A stretch of DNA of 64,000 bases from Chrysomallon squamiferum (taxonomy: Eukaryota > Animalia > Mollusca). The notes beneath the pieces are model-generated. The model saw nothing but the letters and a program-made list of their open reading frames with translations, ran no database searches and had not been told where the DNA came from. The stretch covers positions 6,758,001-6,822,000 of the forward strand of contig CM022671.1 in assembly GCA_012295275.1 (NCBI GenBank), in the 5' to 3' direction. This document shows, one piece after another, positions 14,640 through 27,563 of this stretch; within the stretch, counting starts at the first letter, position 1, and every line of letters begins with the position of its first letter. The position numbers were made by a program, and so were the translations under genes.

Positions 14640-15632
14640 AAGAAGAAACACAGGCGAACTGTCAAAACAGTCATGAAAAAGCTATTGTATATAGGTATAC
14701 AGCTGTGCCTTTACATGCATGGGTGTTTTTATTTGGAATACGGTTTACATATATTTGAATATATATTTTTATGTATATATATTGAAGGATTACATTAAAA
14801 TTTCACATAATCTAATGATAGCTAGAACTGCTCTCTACTTTATAGCTTAATAATTTTATGATATTTAATTCAGTAAGATAAAAATTAAACATATTAAAAT
14901 ATATGTAAATCACATAATAGTTATTACAAGGGTTTTTTTTTTTGATGTATTTGATGACATCAAAATAAAAGAAAATGAAAACAAAAAGCATTTAATTTTT
15001 GTATATAAAAGAAGATAAACTTTATTATTATATATTAAAATTTTACAGACTCCAATATTTTCTTTCATCATTTATTATTGTTCACACATAACACTGTTTT
15101 GTAATTCTGTTGTTAATAGCTTTACAAAACAAATATCTTGTAAAGTTAAACACCAGAAGGCTTTTGTTGTTTTATCACTGGCAACGGCAGTTGTCTGTGT
15201 TATTCTGATACTCAGTTTTTCACAGCTCACAAATACACATAATTTATTACAGCTTCCATGGCTGTATCTACATTAAGGCAAATGCCTCATATTGAAATTG
15301 ACTATTTTATTTATTATTCTTTTTTTTTTTTTTTTTTTTCTTTCTTTTTTTCACAAAGGTTTTGTTTAAAAAAACATAAAATATAAATCTCAATTCCGAT
15401 AGAAACGATATCCACTGAAAGAATTCGTTTATGGCTTCGGTCACCGTTTGAAGTCTACCGAAGTCTATCATTCAATCATCACAAAGTTGAGCGGGGCGAA
15501 TAAGTGTTTTTGCCTCCTTTCATAAAGCTAAATGTTGCTCTAGAACCTCCTCACTTAGTTTTAGTTTCAAATAGAGTCTAGTTACTGCCATGGCTTCCAT
15601 TGCGCATCTGTTGTTCATTCTGTGACTTCCAG

Positions 15633-16260
15633 TCAATTTCTTGTCTCAACAACAGACAGTTCAACATCTTCATGAATATCTCGACATTTATCCAACTCCG
15701 CTGTTATTGTCATATGGTCCAAAACATTGTCCCCACTTGTTTTGTTCGTAGACATGCCATAACAAATCTTTGCTGCAGTGCGTCTAAAAAATGTTCATGA
15801 AAGCCAAATAAGCAAAGAGTTTCATCAGTGGATAGATGAAGTAAATAAAAGTTCCAAACACAAATGAATCGAGAACGTGAAGCGAGAAAACGATGTGGAA
15901 CGGAAGGTGAGATAAGACGTACAGAATATTATATATTAAAATTTTACATTTTGTGTAGATATATATGCTTGAACGAAATATCACCAAAATTACACTTTAA
16001 TCAAATATAAAAGATCCGACAGAAAAGATATAAATGGTAAACGTAGGATACAGAAACTACATAATATCGAGATCGCAAGAACCGTAACTCTGTATTTACA
16101 AGCCGCGCGGAATAAACGAAACAAACAGGCGACTTTAAGTTAAGCCGCCTTCTTAAATATCGTTGAATTTTAAAATAAATAAAATTATCAGCCATATATT
16201 CAGACAAGGGCCACAGCTACCGAAAACAGCGCTTATGGAAAACACTGAAATTGCGCTCCT
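15633..16260 (-). pseudogene. Pseudogenic paralog of the 5-6 kb GPCR
   Basis: TM6-TM7 LSHLPFHIVFSLHVLDSFVFGTFIYFIYPLMKLFAYLAFM aligns with TSKVPFHILFALHIVDPVMFGCMIFIYFLYPLLKLVVYLTLM; removing one T from the T6 run (15786-15791) restores FRRTAAKICYGMSTNKTSGDN...ELSVVETRN* matching FRNSAVKICCYVCSSKTSDN...ELSIIR*; TM1-like GSCGPCLNIWLIILFILK near 16.2 kb is followed by a stop; TM2-TM5 interval is ~300 nt too short. Confidence 0.8.
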
Positions 16261-16905
16261 GTTGAAACATCTGAATGTTCTCTTTCAAACGGTCAAACTT
16301 TGTTAGCACATAACTATTAAGAAATATTTATTTGATATTCAATAAAATATCGATTTTCACAAATAGTGATGAAGAAGATGATAATTAAATTTATTGAAAC
16401 TATTTAGCATCATTAACATCCGTTAAAAATATTGTTGGTCTTTCATTATTTTGGCTTACATTAAAAAATCATTTATTACTAACGAATGTCTCATAGTATT
16501 TCCAGTTTAAAATATATATCACTAGACAAGTAGTCATGATTGATAACACTTCAGCAAAGGTTTACAGGTATTAAGTTATTGTCCCGTTATTTATTCTATT
16601 TTTAATATAGGTTTGTGGCAATGGAATTAATTTTGTTTTAAATATAATAATTTAACAGGAACTTTCAGTCCAAAATAATACTGAGGAACAGTATTATACA
16701 AGACTGCCCAGTATTTCTGGTTGATTGATTCAAGAGTTATTACAGTGGCTAGAATGGGAAATAACCCACACGATACAGGATTTATTTATTATTCATCATA
16801 CCACATTGTCTACAGCAACCATCCCATACTGAGCACAGGAACCCTGCTTGCTGATTTTAACCTACAGTGTAATCATGTATTTGAAATAATAATAATAATA
16901 ATAAG

Positions 16906-17115
16906 GTGTTACGACGTCCGAGTCTTCAGGGACAACAGCAGCCGCGCTGTCAGCACAAGCGGCGTCAACGTTGTCAGATCGCCGAGATGAGCGATGACGT
17001 GCTGGAGACGAGCAGCAAGGTGAAGGAGTACACGACGCTGACAGCAAACATGAGCTTCGACGACAGCGTCGCCGACAGAGACTCGCACTCCAGACCCGAG
17101 GTGGCACTCGTCTGA
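16906..17115 (+). CDS. Orphan GC-rich terminal coding exon or fragment (...IAEMSDDVLETSSKVKEYTTLTANMSFDDSVADRDSHSRPEVALV*), parent gene unknown
   Basis: Sharp GC-rich island, strong G/C at third codon positions in the 3' half, ends in TGA at 17113-17115; candidate acceptor AGs at ~16906, ~16929 and ~16977. Confidence 0.5.
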   Translation: MLRRPSLQGQQQPRCQHKRRQRCQIAEMSDDVLETSSKVKEYTTLTANMSFDDSVADRDSHSRPEVALV

Positions 17116-18360
17116 CTTCATGCTCTACTGACTTTGACTACTTGCTGTATTGACTTTGACTACTTGCTCTACTGACTTTGACTACTTGCTGTATTGACTT
17201 TGACTACATGCTCTATTGACTTTGACTACTTGCTGTACTGACTTTGACTACATGCTGTACTGACTTTGACTACACGCTCTGTTGACTTTGACTACACGCT
17301 CTATTGACTGACTACTTGCTGTACTGACTTTGACTACTTGCTGTACTGACTTTGACTACATGCTCTACTGACTTTGATTACTTGCTCTACTGACTTTGAC
17401 TACTTGCTGTACTGACTTTGACTACATGCTCTACTGACTTTGACTACATGCTCTACTGACTTTGACCACATGCTCTACTGACTTTGACCACATGCTCTAC
17501 AGACTTTGACTACTTGCTGTACTGACTTTGACTACATGCTCTACTGACTTTGACTACATGCTCTACTGACTTTGACTACTTGCTGTACTGACTTTGACTA
17601 CTTGCTCTACTGACTTTACCAACATGCTCTACTGACTTTGACTACTTGCTGTACTGACTTTGACTACTTTCTCTACTGACGTTGACTACATGCTCTACTG
17701 ACTTTGACTACTTGCTCTACTGACTTTGATTACATGCTCTACTGACTTTGACTACATGCTCTACTGACTTTGACTACTTGCTGTACTGACTTTGACTACT
17801 TTCTCTACTGACTTTGACTACTTTTTCTACTGACTTTGACTACTTGCTGTACTGACTTTGACTACATGCTCTACTGACTTTGACTACATGCTCTACTGAC
17901 TTTGATTACTTTTTCTACTGACTTTGACTACTTGCTGTACTGACTTTGACTACATGCTCTACTGACGTTGACTACATGCTCTACTGACGTTGACTACATG
18001 CTCTACTGACCTTGACTACTTTCTCTACTGACTTTGACTACTTTTTCTACTGACTTTGACTACATGCTCTACTGACTATACCAACATGCTCTACTGACTT
18101 TGACTACTTGCTGTACTGACTTTGACTACATGCTCTACTAACTTCGACTACTTTCTCTACTGACTTTGATTACATGCTGTACTGACTTTGACTACTTGCT
18201 CTACTGACTTTGACTACATGCTCTACTGAATTTAACCACATGCTCTACTGACTGTAACCACATGCTCTGTTGAATTTAACTACATGCTCTACTGAATTCG
18301 ACTACACGCTCTACTGAATTTAACCACATGCTCCACTGACTTTAACCACATGCTCTGCTG
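17116..18360. repeat. 22-bp minisatellite (TGCTCTACTGACTTTGACTACA)n, >50 copies
   Basis: Visible tandem units starting at the stop codon of the orphan exon. Confidence 0.97.
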
Positions 18361-18807
18361 ATTTTAAATTCATCTTGCACTACAGTTTGACAAGCTCTAA
18401 ATACATTTTCATGATTATCGGAAGATTATTTTCTAACGTGAAATGTCGTTTTAGAAAAAAAATAACAAAAAAACAACAACATCTGAACAAAACTTTCTTG
18501 ACAATCTTGCTTCAAAAAATCATAACTTTGTAAGTGACATGTGTGTGTACACAGATACACGTTTGTCAGTTCATCACTGTTATCTGATTAACAGCTTATC
18601 ACGTCCCTGGTCCCAGTAAAAACAGCAGAACACGCGGCTTTGATAAAAATATTATATATAGCTTTAATTACATGCGTTTATATGCAATTAACTATGAATT
18701 ACTGTTTACGATTATATTATTTCTGTTAAATCTATTGTAATCATCATCATCATTATTCTTATTAGTATTATTATTATTTGTTATTATTATTAATATTATT
18801 GTTATTA

Positions 18808-18895
<88 letters not shown>

Positions 18896-19699
18896 TTCAC
18901 ATATGCCTATAGAAACAAATATATTCAACGTTATAAAAATGTATAATGTATATGTTATATAAGTTAAATGTATACACAATACTTGGAGACAACACAGTGT
19001 GACACGGAGGACAGTGTGATATTTAAAATATTGTACGGCAGATGTAAACAACTTAATATAAACTGAGTAGAAGTGAGGTAAAATAATTTACTCATTTCTT
19101 TACAAGTTAGCGTTCTTTTGTCGTCTGTTATTAAATAATACTTTAAATTTTTATTTATTTATTTATTTATTTATTTATTTTATTATTTTAATTATTATTA
19201 TTATTTTTTTTTTTTTTTTGTACATTTTTAACGATATTACATTTGTTTGAAGACCTGATCTAAATGCAAGAAAATTTAATATATGTATGTTATTTTGTTT
19301 GAGTAATTATTGAATTACAATAAAAAGAATAATAAATTAAAAACGAAATTAGAATTTTCTTTCTTTCTATTTGCAAAGCTGTATGACTGTTCTTCTATAT
19401 CTGTCTGTTATTATGTCTGTACATGTATCTGTTTTACCGTCAGTTTGTCTGTTTGTTCAAGAACCGTAACTCGTGAAGACTTGAAAGATGAAGATTTCAC
19501 TTTGTGGTTATTTTCAGTCAGAATGACTGACCAAACTCTGTGGTTTGTGTTGTCCTCCTGAACAAAAGTGAATATAAAACATGATCATATCCAGAATGTT
19601 ATACTGAGTTTCTCTCATTCTTAGAAAACAACAACAACAACAACAATGTGTCTGTCTCACTGCCAATGTTTGTGTGTGTGTGTGTATGTTTGTTGTATG

Positions 19700-19950
19700 T
19701 GTATGTGCCTGTATAAGTGTGTGCATATTTAATCTAGGATTTATGCACATCTGATTAAACTCTGCACATAGACAATATTCGGGAACGCACTGGCGCAGGA
19801 GGACAAAGTCCAATCACCGCCTAACAAACGTAAGATGTCGCTGACGAGACTTGAACTCATTCACCCGCACACAGTGTGTGTCTGCGTGAACGATGCTTAG
19901 CAGTCATTTATAATAAACTCATCTAGTACTCTAACCACTGAACTACAAAC
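19700..19950 (-). mobile_element. tRNA-derived SINE, near full length
   Basis: Minus strand A-box TAGTTCAGTGG (19935-19945), B-box GAGTTCAAGTC (19848-19858), ~70-bp core found three times in the window, followed by a (CA/TACA)-rich tail. Confidence 0.75.
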
Positions 19951-21198
19951 ACGTGAACGCTTTATGTCGGTGAAAATACACCTGCAATTGTTTAAATACA
20001 GGTACACACACATACCTGTCGTGTAGATGGACGTAATTGTCTAAATACAGGTGGAAATAAGGTTATCACAGGTTAGTTCTCAATCTATGACAATAACAAC
20101 ATACGTGAACTGTCAACTCATAGACAACGCCTACATCAGATCTGATTAGAAATCTTACAGTCGAGTTAAATAAAATGTACGTTATTTATTTACGACATAA
20201 AACAGCTACCTGTTTATTTACATGATGAAAGGCTTACATTATTTGCATGACAAAACACTTTATTTCCAGTATGATGAAGTAGAAATTTGTTTTCAGTTAT
20301 AACAATGTAAAATTCTGTTTGATTCTGTGCCATAGAGAATGGTATTTACCGAATAAAACATGCACGTGCATAAAATACAGCTTAGTGAAAAAAAAAGTTT
20401 TGTACTTTTTTTTAGATAATAATATTTTAATAAATACGTTGTTATTTATTGATTTAATGACTGATTGATTTTTAATTAATTAATTAATTTATTTAAAATT
20501 TATTTTGAGGTTTTTTCTATCGTTATTTGAAATGTTATTATTAACTATTATTACCACTCTATATTTATTTGTCAATTTATTTTATTAATTTTGTTCATTA
20601 TTTCTTTTTTAAATTTCTTTCTTAAAAACATTTCAAACAAATAAAATAATAACAATTATATATATATATATATAGATGTTTAAATAACTCCTATAATTAT
20701 TATATATGTGTGTCTCTGCATGCATATAATGTATGTATGTATGTACGTACGTATGTATGTATGTATGTATCTATGTATGTGTGTATGTGTTTACCCTATC
20801 TGCTGTGTAGTATAAATTACAAGTACTATCTACGTATGATACAAGCTACTATCTTCTAAAGCCCTTCGTACCTGATATTAAACATTCTCGAAATGAGGTT
20901 TATAACGGAGACACAACACGTTGAGGTGTGTTTACAGAGTGATAAATTCACTGAGAAATTATCGCTTTTAAACGTCTCAGACAATGGAGTGTAATAAAGT
21001 TGTAGCGAGCAGATTTATGCGAGAGATAGCAGACACAGTTAGCGCGAGCAGTTTGTGAAGAAATGGGTTATTTATTTGAAACTTTGGTCGTCGATGTTTT
21101 GTGCGCCCTAACAAGTTAATTTGATTTTCAAGCGTTAAGACATGAAGATAGAAGCGCTGAGTCGTAAAGATAACTGTACAGAGAAGCATCAATGGTAC

Positions 21199-21260
<62 letters not shown>

Positions 21261-21271
21261 TTAGTGAATAG

Positions 21272-21314
<43 letters not shown>

Positions 21315-21684
21315 TGTATAATATATATATATATATAATATATAAATACATTTGGGAATGTGCATATGTTGCATGTGTTCCTCATTATATTTAACAAAAA
21401 AATGTATTCACTGTTTCTCTGCACGAAATGCTCAGCTCCACAATCAATATCAGTCGTAAACAAAGTAGTTTTTCAAAAAAAAAAAAAAAAAAAAAAAACG
21501 AGTATCACTCAGTCTGTGTAGATTTACCCAGACGCTGATTGAGTGGGTTTCAGTGCTCAGTCTGTGCAGTGTTTGTGAGTAGATAGACTCGGAGCTGTTT
21601 ACACTGACAGAAGCGGGCTTCCCCGAACAGAGAGCTGGCGAGAGAGATAGAGAGAGAGGAACGCGTTTCTGTAATGTCTCCAGC

Positions 21685-21736
21685 ATGTCAGCGTTTTTCT
21701 TCTTTCTCATGTGGCTGGTGACTGCGAACTCGCGAG
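21685..21736 (+). CDS. Ly6/Quiver-like exon 1 (signal peptide)
   Basis: ATG, hydrophobic stretch, GAG|GTAAGA donor, phase 1. Confidence 0.75.
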
Positions 21737-23040
21737 GTAAGACAGTTATTTCTAACACACACACACACACACACGCACACACGCCTCTATCACAGGTCTA
21801 CGTGTCGCTTGAACGTTTTCCATTGTTTTGTGTCTTATCAGAGTCGGTGGTTAAACACTGCGTGGACGAGTTTAATTACATACACAGCACTGGTTACGTA
21901 ATGTGTAGACAGTGTTTAATTACGCATATGTCATATGTAATATGTAGATAATGTTTAATTACATATATGTCACTAGTTATGTAATATGTAGATACTGTTT
22001 AATTACATATATGTCACTAGTTATGTAATATGTAGATAATGTTTATTTACATACATGTCACTAGGTATGTAATATGTAAACAATGTTTAATTACATATAT
22101 GTCACTAGTTATGTAATATGTAGACAATGTTTAATTACATATATGTCACTAGTTATGTAATATGTAGATACTGTTTAATTACATATATGTCACTAGTTAT
22201 GTAATATGTAGATACTGTTTAATTACATATATGTCACTAGTTATGTAATATGTAGATAATGTTTAATGACAGATATGTCACTAGTCATGTAATATGTAGA
22301 TACTGTTTAATTACATATGTCACTAGTTATGTAATATGTAGATACTGTTTAATTGCATACACGTCACTAGTTATGTAATATGTAGATAATGATTAATTAC
22401 ATACATGTCACTAGTTATGTAATATGTAGATAATGTTTAATTACATACACGTCACTAGTTATGTAATATGTAGGTTATATTTAATCACATACATGTTACT
22501 AGTTATGTAATATGTAGGCAATGTTTAATTAGTCATACACGTGTATCAGTCGCAGTACTGTTGAAGTAAGCCTGTCGTGCACACGTATCTGATCTCACGT
22601 GACTGTAAACATCACTTTTCAGATTTATGTCAGACTTTTATGGGATTTTTTAATGTGCCATTTATGAAAATTGCACTGCTTTGAAGATGAATTAATTATT
22701 TATGAAAAAGAAACAAACAATAATAATAAAGCGAAAATTAAATGAAGCTGGCATCAATTTCCCCCACCCCAACCCCCCACCCCCACCCACTCACAGACTC
22801 CCTGCGCTGTTAACAGCTAAGTAAAACGTTGATGCAGAAGATGAAAGAGAAATTTAAAATGAAGTAGCAAGTGATGTTTTTTTTTTTTTTTTTTTTTATT
22901 TTTTTTTACAGAATTACGACTTTGACGATTATCAACACTTACTTTGTATTATCACGTTACAAATTTACAAATTCTGCCATTTAACAGACTGTACACATAT
23001 ATAGCTCACTAATTCCTTAATATCCGACACATACTCTTGC

Positions 23041-23091
<51 letters not shown>

Positions 23092-24745
23092 GTAATAGTA
23101 ATAGTAATAGTAATAGTAATAGTAATAATAATAATAATAATCATAAAACAACCGAATAATTCATTCTGTACATTGAATATAGAATGGCAAAATATAAAAA
23201 AAAAATTGAAAAAAATAAATATTTTTAAATAAATTTATTTGTGGCAGATAAACACAACCACACAACACCAACCACAATAATAACAACAACGAAAACAATA
23301 GTAGTATTAGAATTAGTGTTAGTGTAATAGACGAAGATGGCGTAGTAGCATTAATAGTAGTAGCTGCAGTAGCAGCAGTAGTAGTTATAGTAGTAGTAAT
23401 AGTAGTACAAGATGACATAGTAGTAGTAGTAGTAGCAATAGTAGTAGTAGTTGTAGTACTAGTAATGGTAGTAGAAGAAGCTGACGTAGTAGTATTAATA
23501 GTAGCAGTTGTAGTAGTAATCTGATCCTGATCACGATATCTGTAAAGCTGTAATTTGGTGTGATGTAGGAAACACAGTTAAATAGTTTTGTTTTGTTAGC
23601 ACGCTGCAGTTAACCTAAGGGAATGATGTTCAGGTCAAGTGGGACAAAAAAGAAAACAACTTGTAAAAGTATTCTTGTTACAGAGAAATAAAGCAGAGAG
23701 AAATAGATATCAGCTGTCTGTTACTGACGCCTGTAATTCTCTACTTGTGTGAACGTGTATTTTTTTACTTGTGTGACACGCGTAATTTTAATTGTGTGAG
23801 ACGTGTAGTTAATTGTGTATTTTTACTTGTGAGATGTGTATTTTTTACTTGTGTGACACGTTTTTGTTTTTACTTGTGTAATACGGGTATTTTTACTTAT
23901 GTGACATGTGTATTTCTACTTGGGTGACACGTGTATTTTTACTTGTGTGCACGTCTACTTTTACTAAATGACACGTGTATTTTTACTTGTGTGACACACG
24001 TATTTTTACTTATGTGACACGTGTATTTTTATTTATGTGACGTGTGTATTTTTTCTTGGGTCACACGTATTTTTATTTGTGTGACACACGTATTTTTACT
24101 TGTGTGACACACGTATTTTTACTTGTGTGACACACGTATTTCTACTTATGTGACATGTGTATTTTTATTTGTGTGAGATGTGTATTTTTACTTGTGTGAT
24201 ATGTGTATTTTTACTTGGGTCACACGTATTTTTACTTGTGTGACCCGTGTATTTCTACTTGGGTCACAGGTATATTTATGTGACACGTGTATTTTTACTT
24301 GTTTTACCTGGCTCGTACTAGGTGACACGTAGAACACAGGTATTACATAATCACGTGGACAATGAATAAGGAAACGTCTTATCTGATAAACACAGAAAAA
24401 AAGAAAAAAAAACTAAAAAACGTAGGTAAACTGAATTTTAAAAAAGTGATTGAAAACATCGTAAATGAATGCACTCTGTAATATGAACACATAGAAGAAA
24501 ATCTATAGCCGACTAAAAAATAAAATCAAATAAAAATAAAACATAAAACAGTTATATAAACGGATATAAATTCACTGACGTGCCTTAGAGAAATGAACAC
24601 GTAAATAAATAAAAATTGTAAAGTGATATAAAAACAATGTTGTAAAAATTCAGAAAACAAGAAAAGAAAAAAGAAGAAGAACGACTATCAAAACAAAACA
24701 AACAAGAATAAGAAACGAAAAATAAAATAAAATAAAATAAATATG

Positions 24746-24803
<58 letters not shown>

Positions 24804-27480
24804 CAACATTGAAAAAAGAATGGCAAACAAAAATATTAAATATTTTAAAATAAATTTATTTATGGCAGATATTCACAATCCCAACACCAACCACAATAAT
24901 AACAACAGCGATAGCAGTAATATTATTACTATTAGTGTAGTATTAGTATTAGTATTAGTATTAGAAGTAGTAGTACTAGTAGTAGTAATAGTGGTAGTAG
25001 TAGTACCAATAGTGAAAGTAACAATAACAAGTATAGCCATTATAATGAAGAGTATTATAATGACCGTACTGATGATTATAAAACAATGGTGCCGTTGTAG
25101 TGACAGAGCCAGTGGCGGTAGCAGTAGTCGTAGTAGTAATAGTAATTGTAGTAACCAATATTAGTCATAGAAGCACTAGTAGTTGCTTAATATGTGATAT
25201 GAGAGAGAGAGAATCTACACGACTAGTATCAAATTTACAGTCAACATCAAACAAAACAGGGACGTATGTACCAGTGTTTTTCATAAAACAGTCATGTGCA
25301 CTGGTTAGAATGGTACAGACGTTTACTGGTTAGACTGGTATAGAAGTGCACTGGTTAGACTGGTACAGAAATGCACTTGTTAGAATGGTAAAGAAGTGCA
25401 CTATTTAGAACGGTATAGAAGTGTACTGGTTAGAATGGTATAGAAGTGCACTGGTTAAAATGGTATAGAAGTGTACTATTTAGAACGGTATAGAAGTGCA
25501 CTATTTATAACGGTATAGAAGTGTACTGGTTAGAATGGTATAGAAGTGCACTGGTTAGAATGGTATAGAAGTGTACTATTTATAACGGTATAGAAGTGTA
25601 CTGGTTAGAACGGTATAGAAGTGTACTAGTTAGAATGATATAGAAGTGTACTATTTAGAACGGTATAGAAGTGCACTATTTATAACGGTATAGAAGTGTA
25701 CTGGTTAGAATGGTATAGAAGTGCACTGGTTAGAATGGTATAGAAGTGCACTGGTTAGACTGGTATAGAAGTGCACTGGTTAGACTGGTACAGAAATGCA
25801 CTTGTTAGAATGGTAAAGAAGTGCACTATTTAGAACGGTATAGAAGTGTACTGGTTAGAATGGTATAGAAGTGCACTGGTTAAAATGGTATAGAAGTGTA
25901 CTATTTAGAACGGTATAGAAGTGCACTATTTATAACGGTATAGAAGTGTACTGGTTAGAATGGTATAGAAGTGCACTGGTTAGAATGGTATAGAAGTGTA
26001 CTATTTATAACGGTATAGAAGTGTACTGGTTAGAACGGTATAGAAGTGTACTAGTTAGAATGATATAGAAGTGTACTATTTAGAACGGTATAGAAGTGCA
26101 CTATTTATAACGGTATAGAAGTGTACTGGTTAGAATGGTATAGAAGTGCACTGGTTAGAATGGTATAGAAGTGCACTGGTTAGAATGGTATAGAAGTGTA
26201 CTGGTTAGAACGGTATAAAAGTGTACTGGTTAGAACGGTATAAAAGTTTATTGTTAGAATGGTATAAAAGTGTACTGGTTAGAACGGTATAAAAGTTTAT
26301 TGTTAGAATGGTATAGAAGTGTACTGGTTAGAACGGTATAAAAGTTTATTGGTTAGAACGGTATAGAAGTGAACTGGTTATAACCGTATAGAAGTGTACT
26401 GGTTAGACTGGTATAGAAATGTACTGGTTAGAACGGTATAGAAGTGTACTGGTTAGAATGGTATAGAAGTGTACTGGTTAGAATGGTATAGAAGTTTACT
26501 GGTTATAACGGTACAACCAGTACTGGTTAGAATGGTATAGAAATGCTCTGGAGAACAAATCCTAATTACTACAACATTTCGTTATAAAGACGAGCTGTAA
26601 CAAGCTTTGTGTAAGAAAATACACGCATTGAAGACAGCAGTGTTAACGATAAAGCAATTAATAATAATCAAGCTATTAAGAACAACACGAGATAATCGTA
26701 TTAATTACGTTTTCCCTGTTATCAGTTTTAAAACGCGTGGGAGTCAACAGGGCAAAGAACAGAGCGACGTGTGTCAGGTTTCACATGTGACTCTACGTTA
26801 CGTAATTGCTTGCAAGAGGCGATTTTCTCTTTGTGGCACTTCACGATACGCTTCTGTTATTCTTACTAGACTTTCTTTTTTTTTTTATTCTGTGAATTTT
26901 GTCAGAAATGAGAAAACGCACGTTTCTTTTCAGTTTAGAGATAAATGTTTCCTGTGGGTTTTTTATTTTTTTTATTTTTTTATTTTTGGGGTTTTCTCTT
27001 TCTCTCTTTAAAATAATATATTTGTTCATATTCAGTAATAATGTGCTGGTAAAAAAATTAATTAAACAACTACAATGTGCAAAATAATGTTTACAACACG
27101 CAAACTGCCCAAATATTATACAAAAAATTACGGTGTATTTTCATTATATGAAGTTCAAAAGTCTTTATGTAGATACAGATTTGTGTCTATATTCACACTT
27201 TATGATATCACTTGAATTAGATATGATACAAGTGAAGTGTGCTACTATAAGATACTGTAAGTGAGATATGATACTATAAGTGACTGTAAGTGAGATATGA
27301 TACTATAAGATACTGTAAGTGAGATATGGTGGTACTCGGTGAAATCTGAACGATTAGAAATTGAAATAAAGAAAGGATTCTGCTTCTGGATCCGATATTT
27401 TAATAAGTGACACACACCTAACACTGACTAACTACTCAAACACGAAGACGAAAAAAAAACTATTTGTTCATTTTGTTCAT

Positions 27481-27563
<83 letters not shown>

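Noticed and set aside
19848-19945. Functional tRNA gene
   Set aside because: No cloverleaf can be folded; boxes are linked to a dispersed repeat core, consistent with a SINE.
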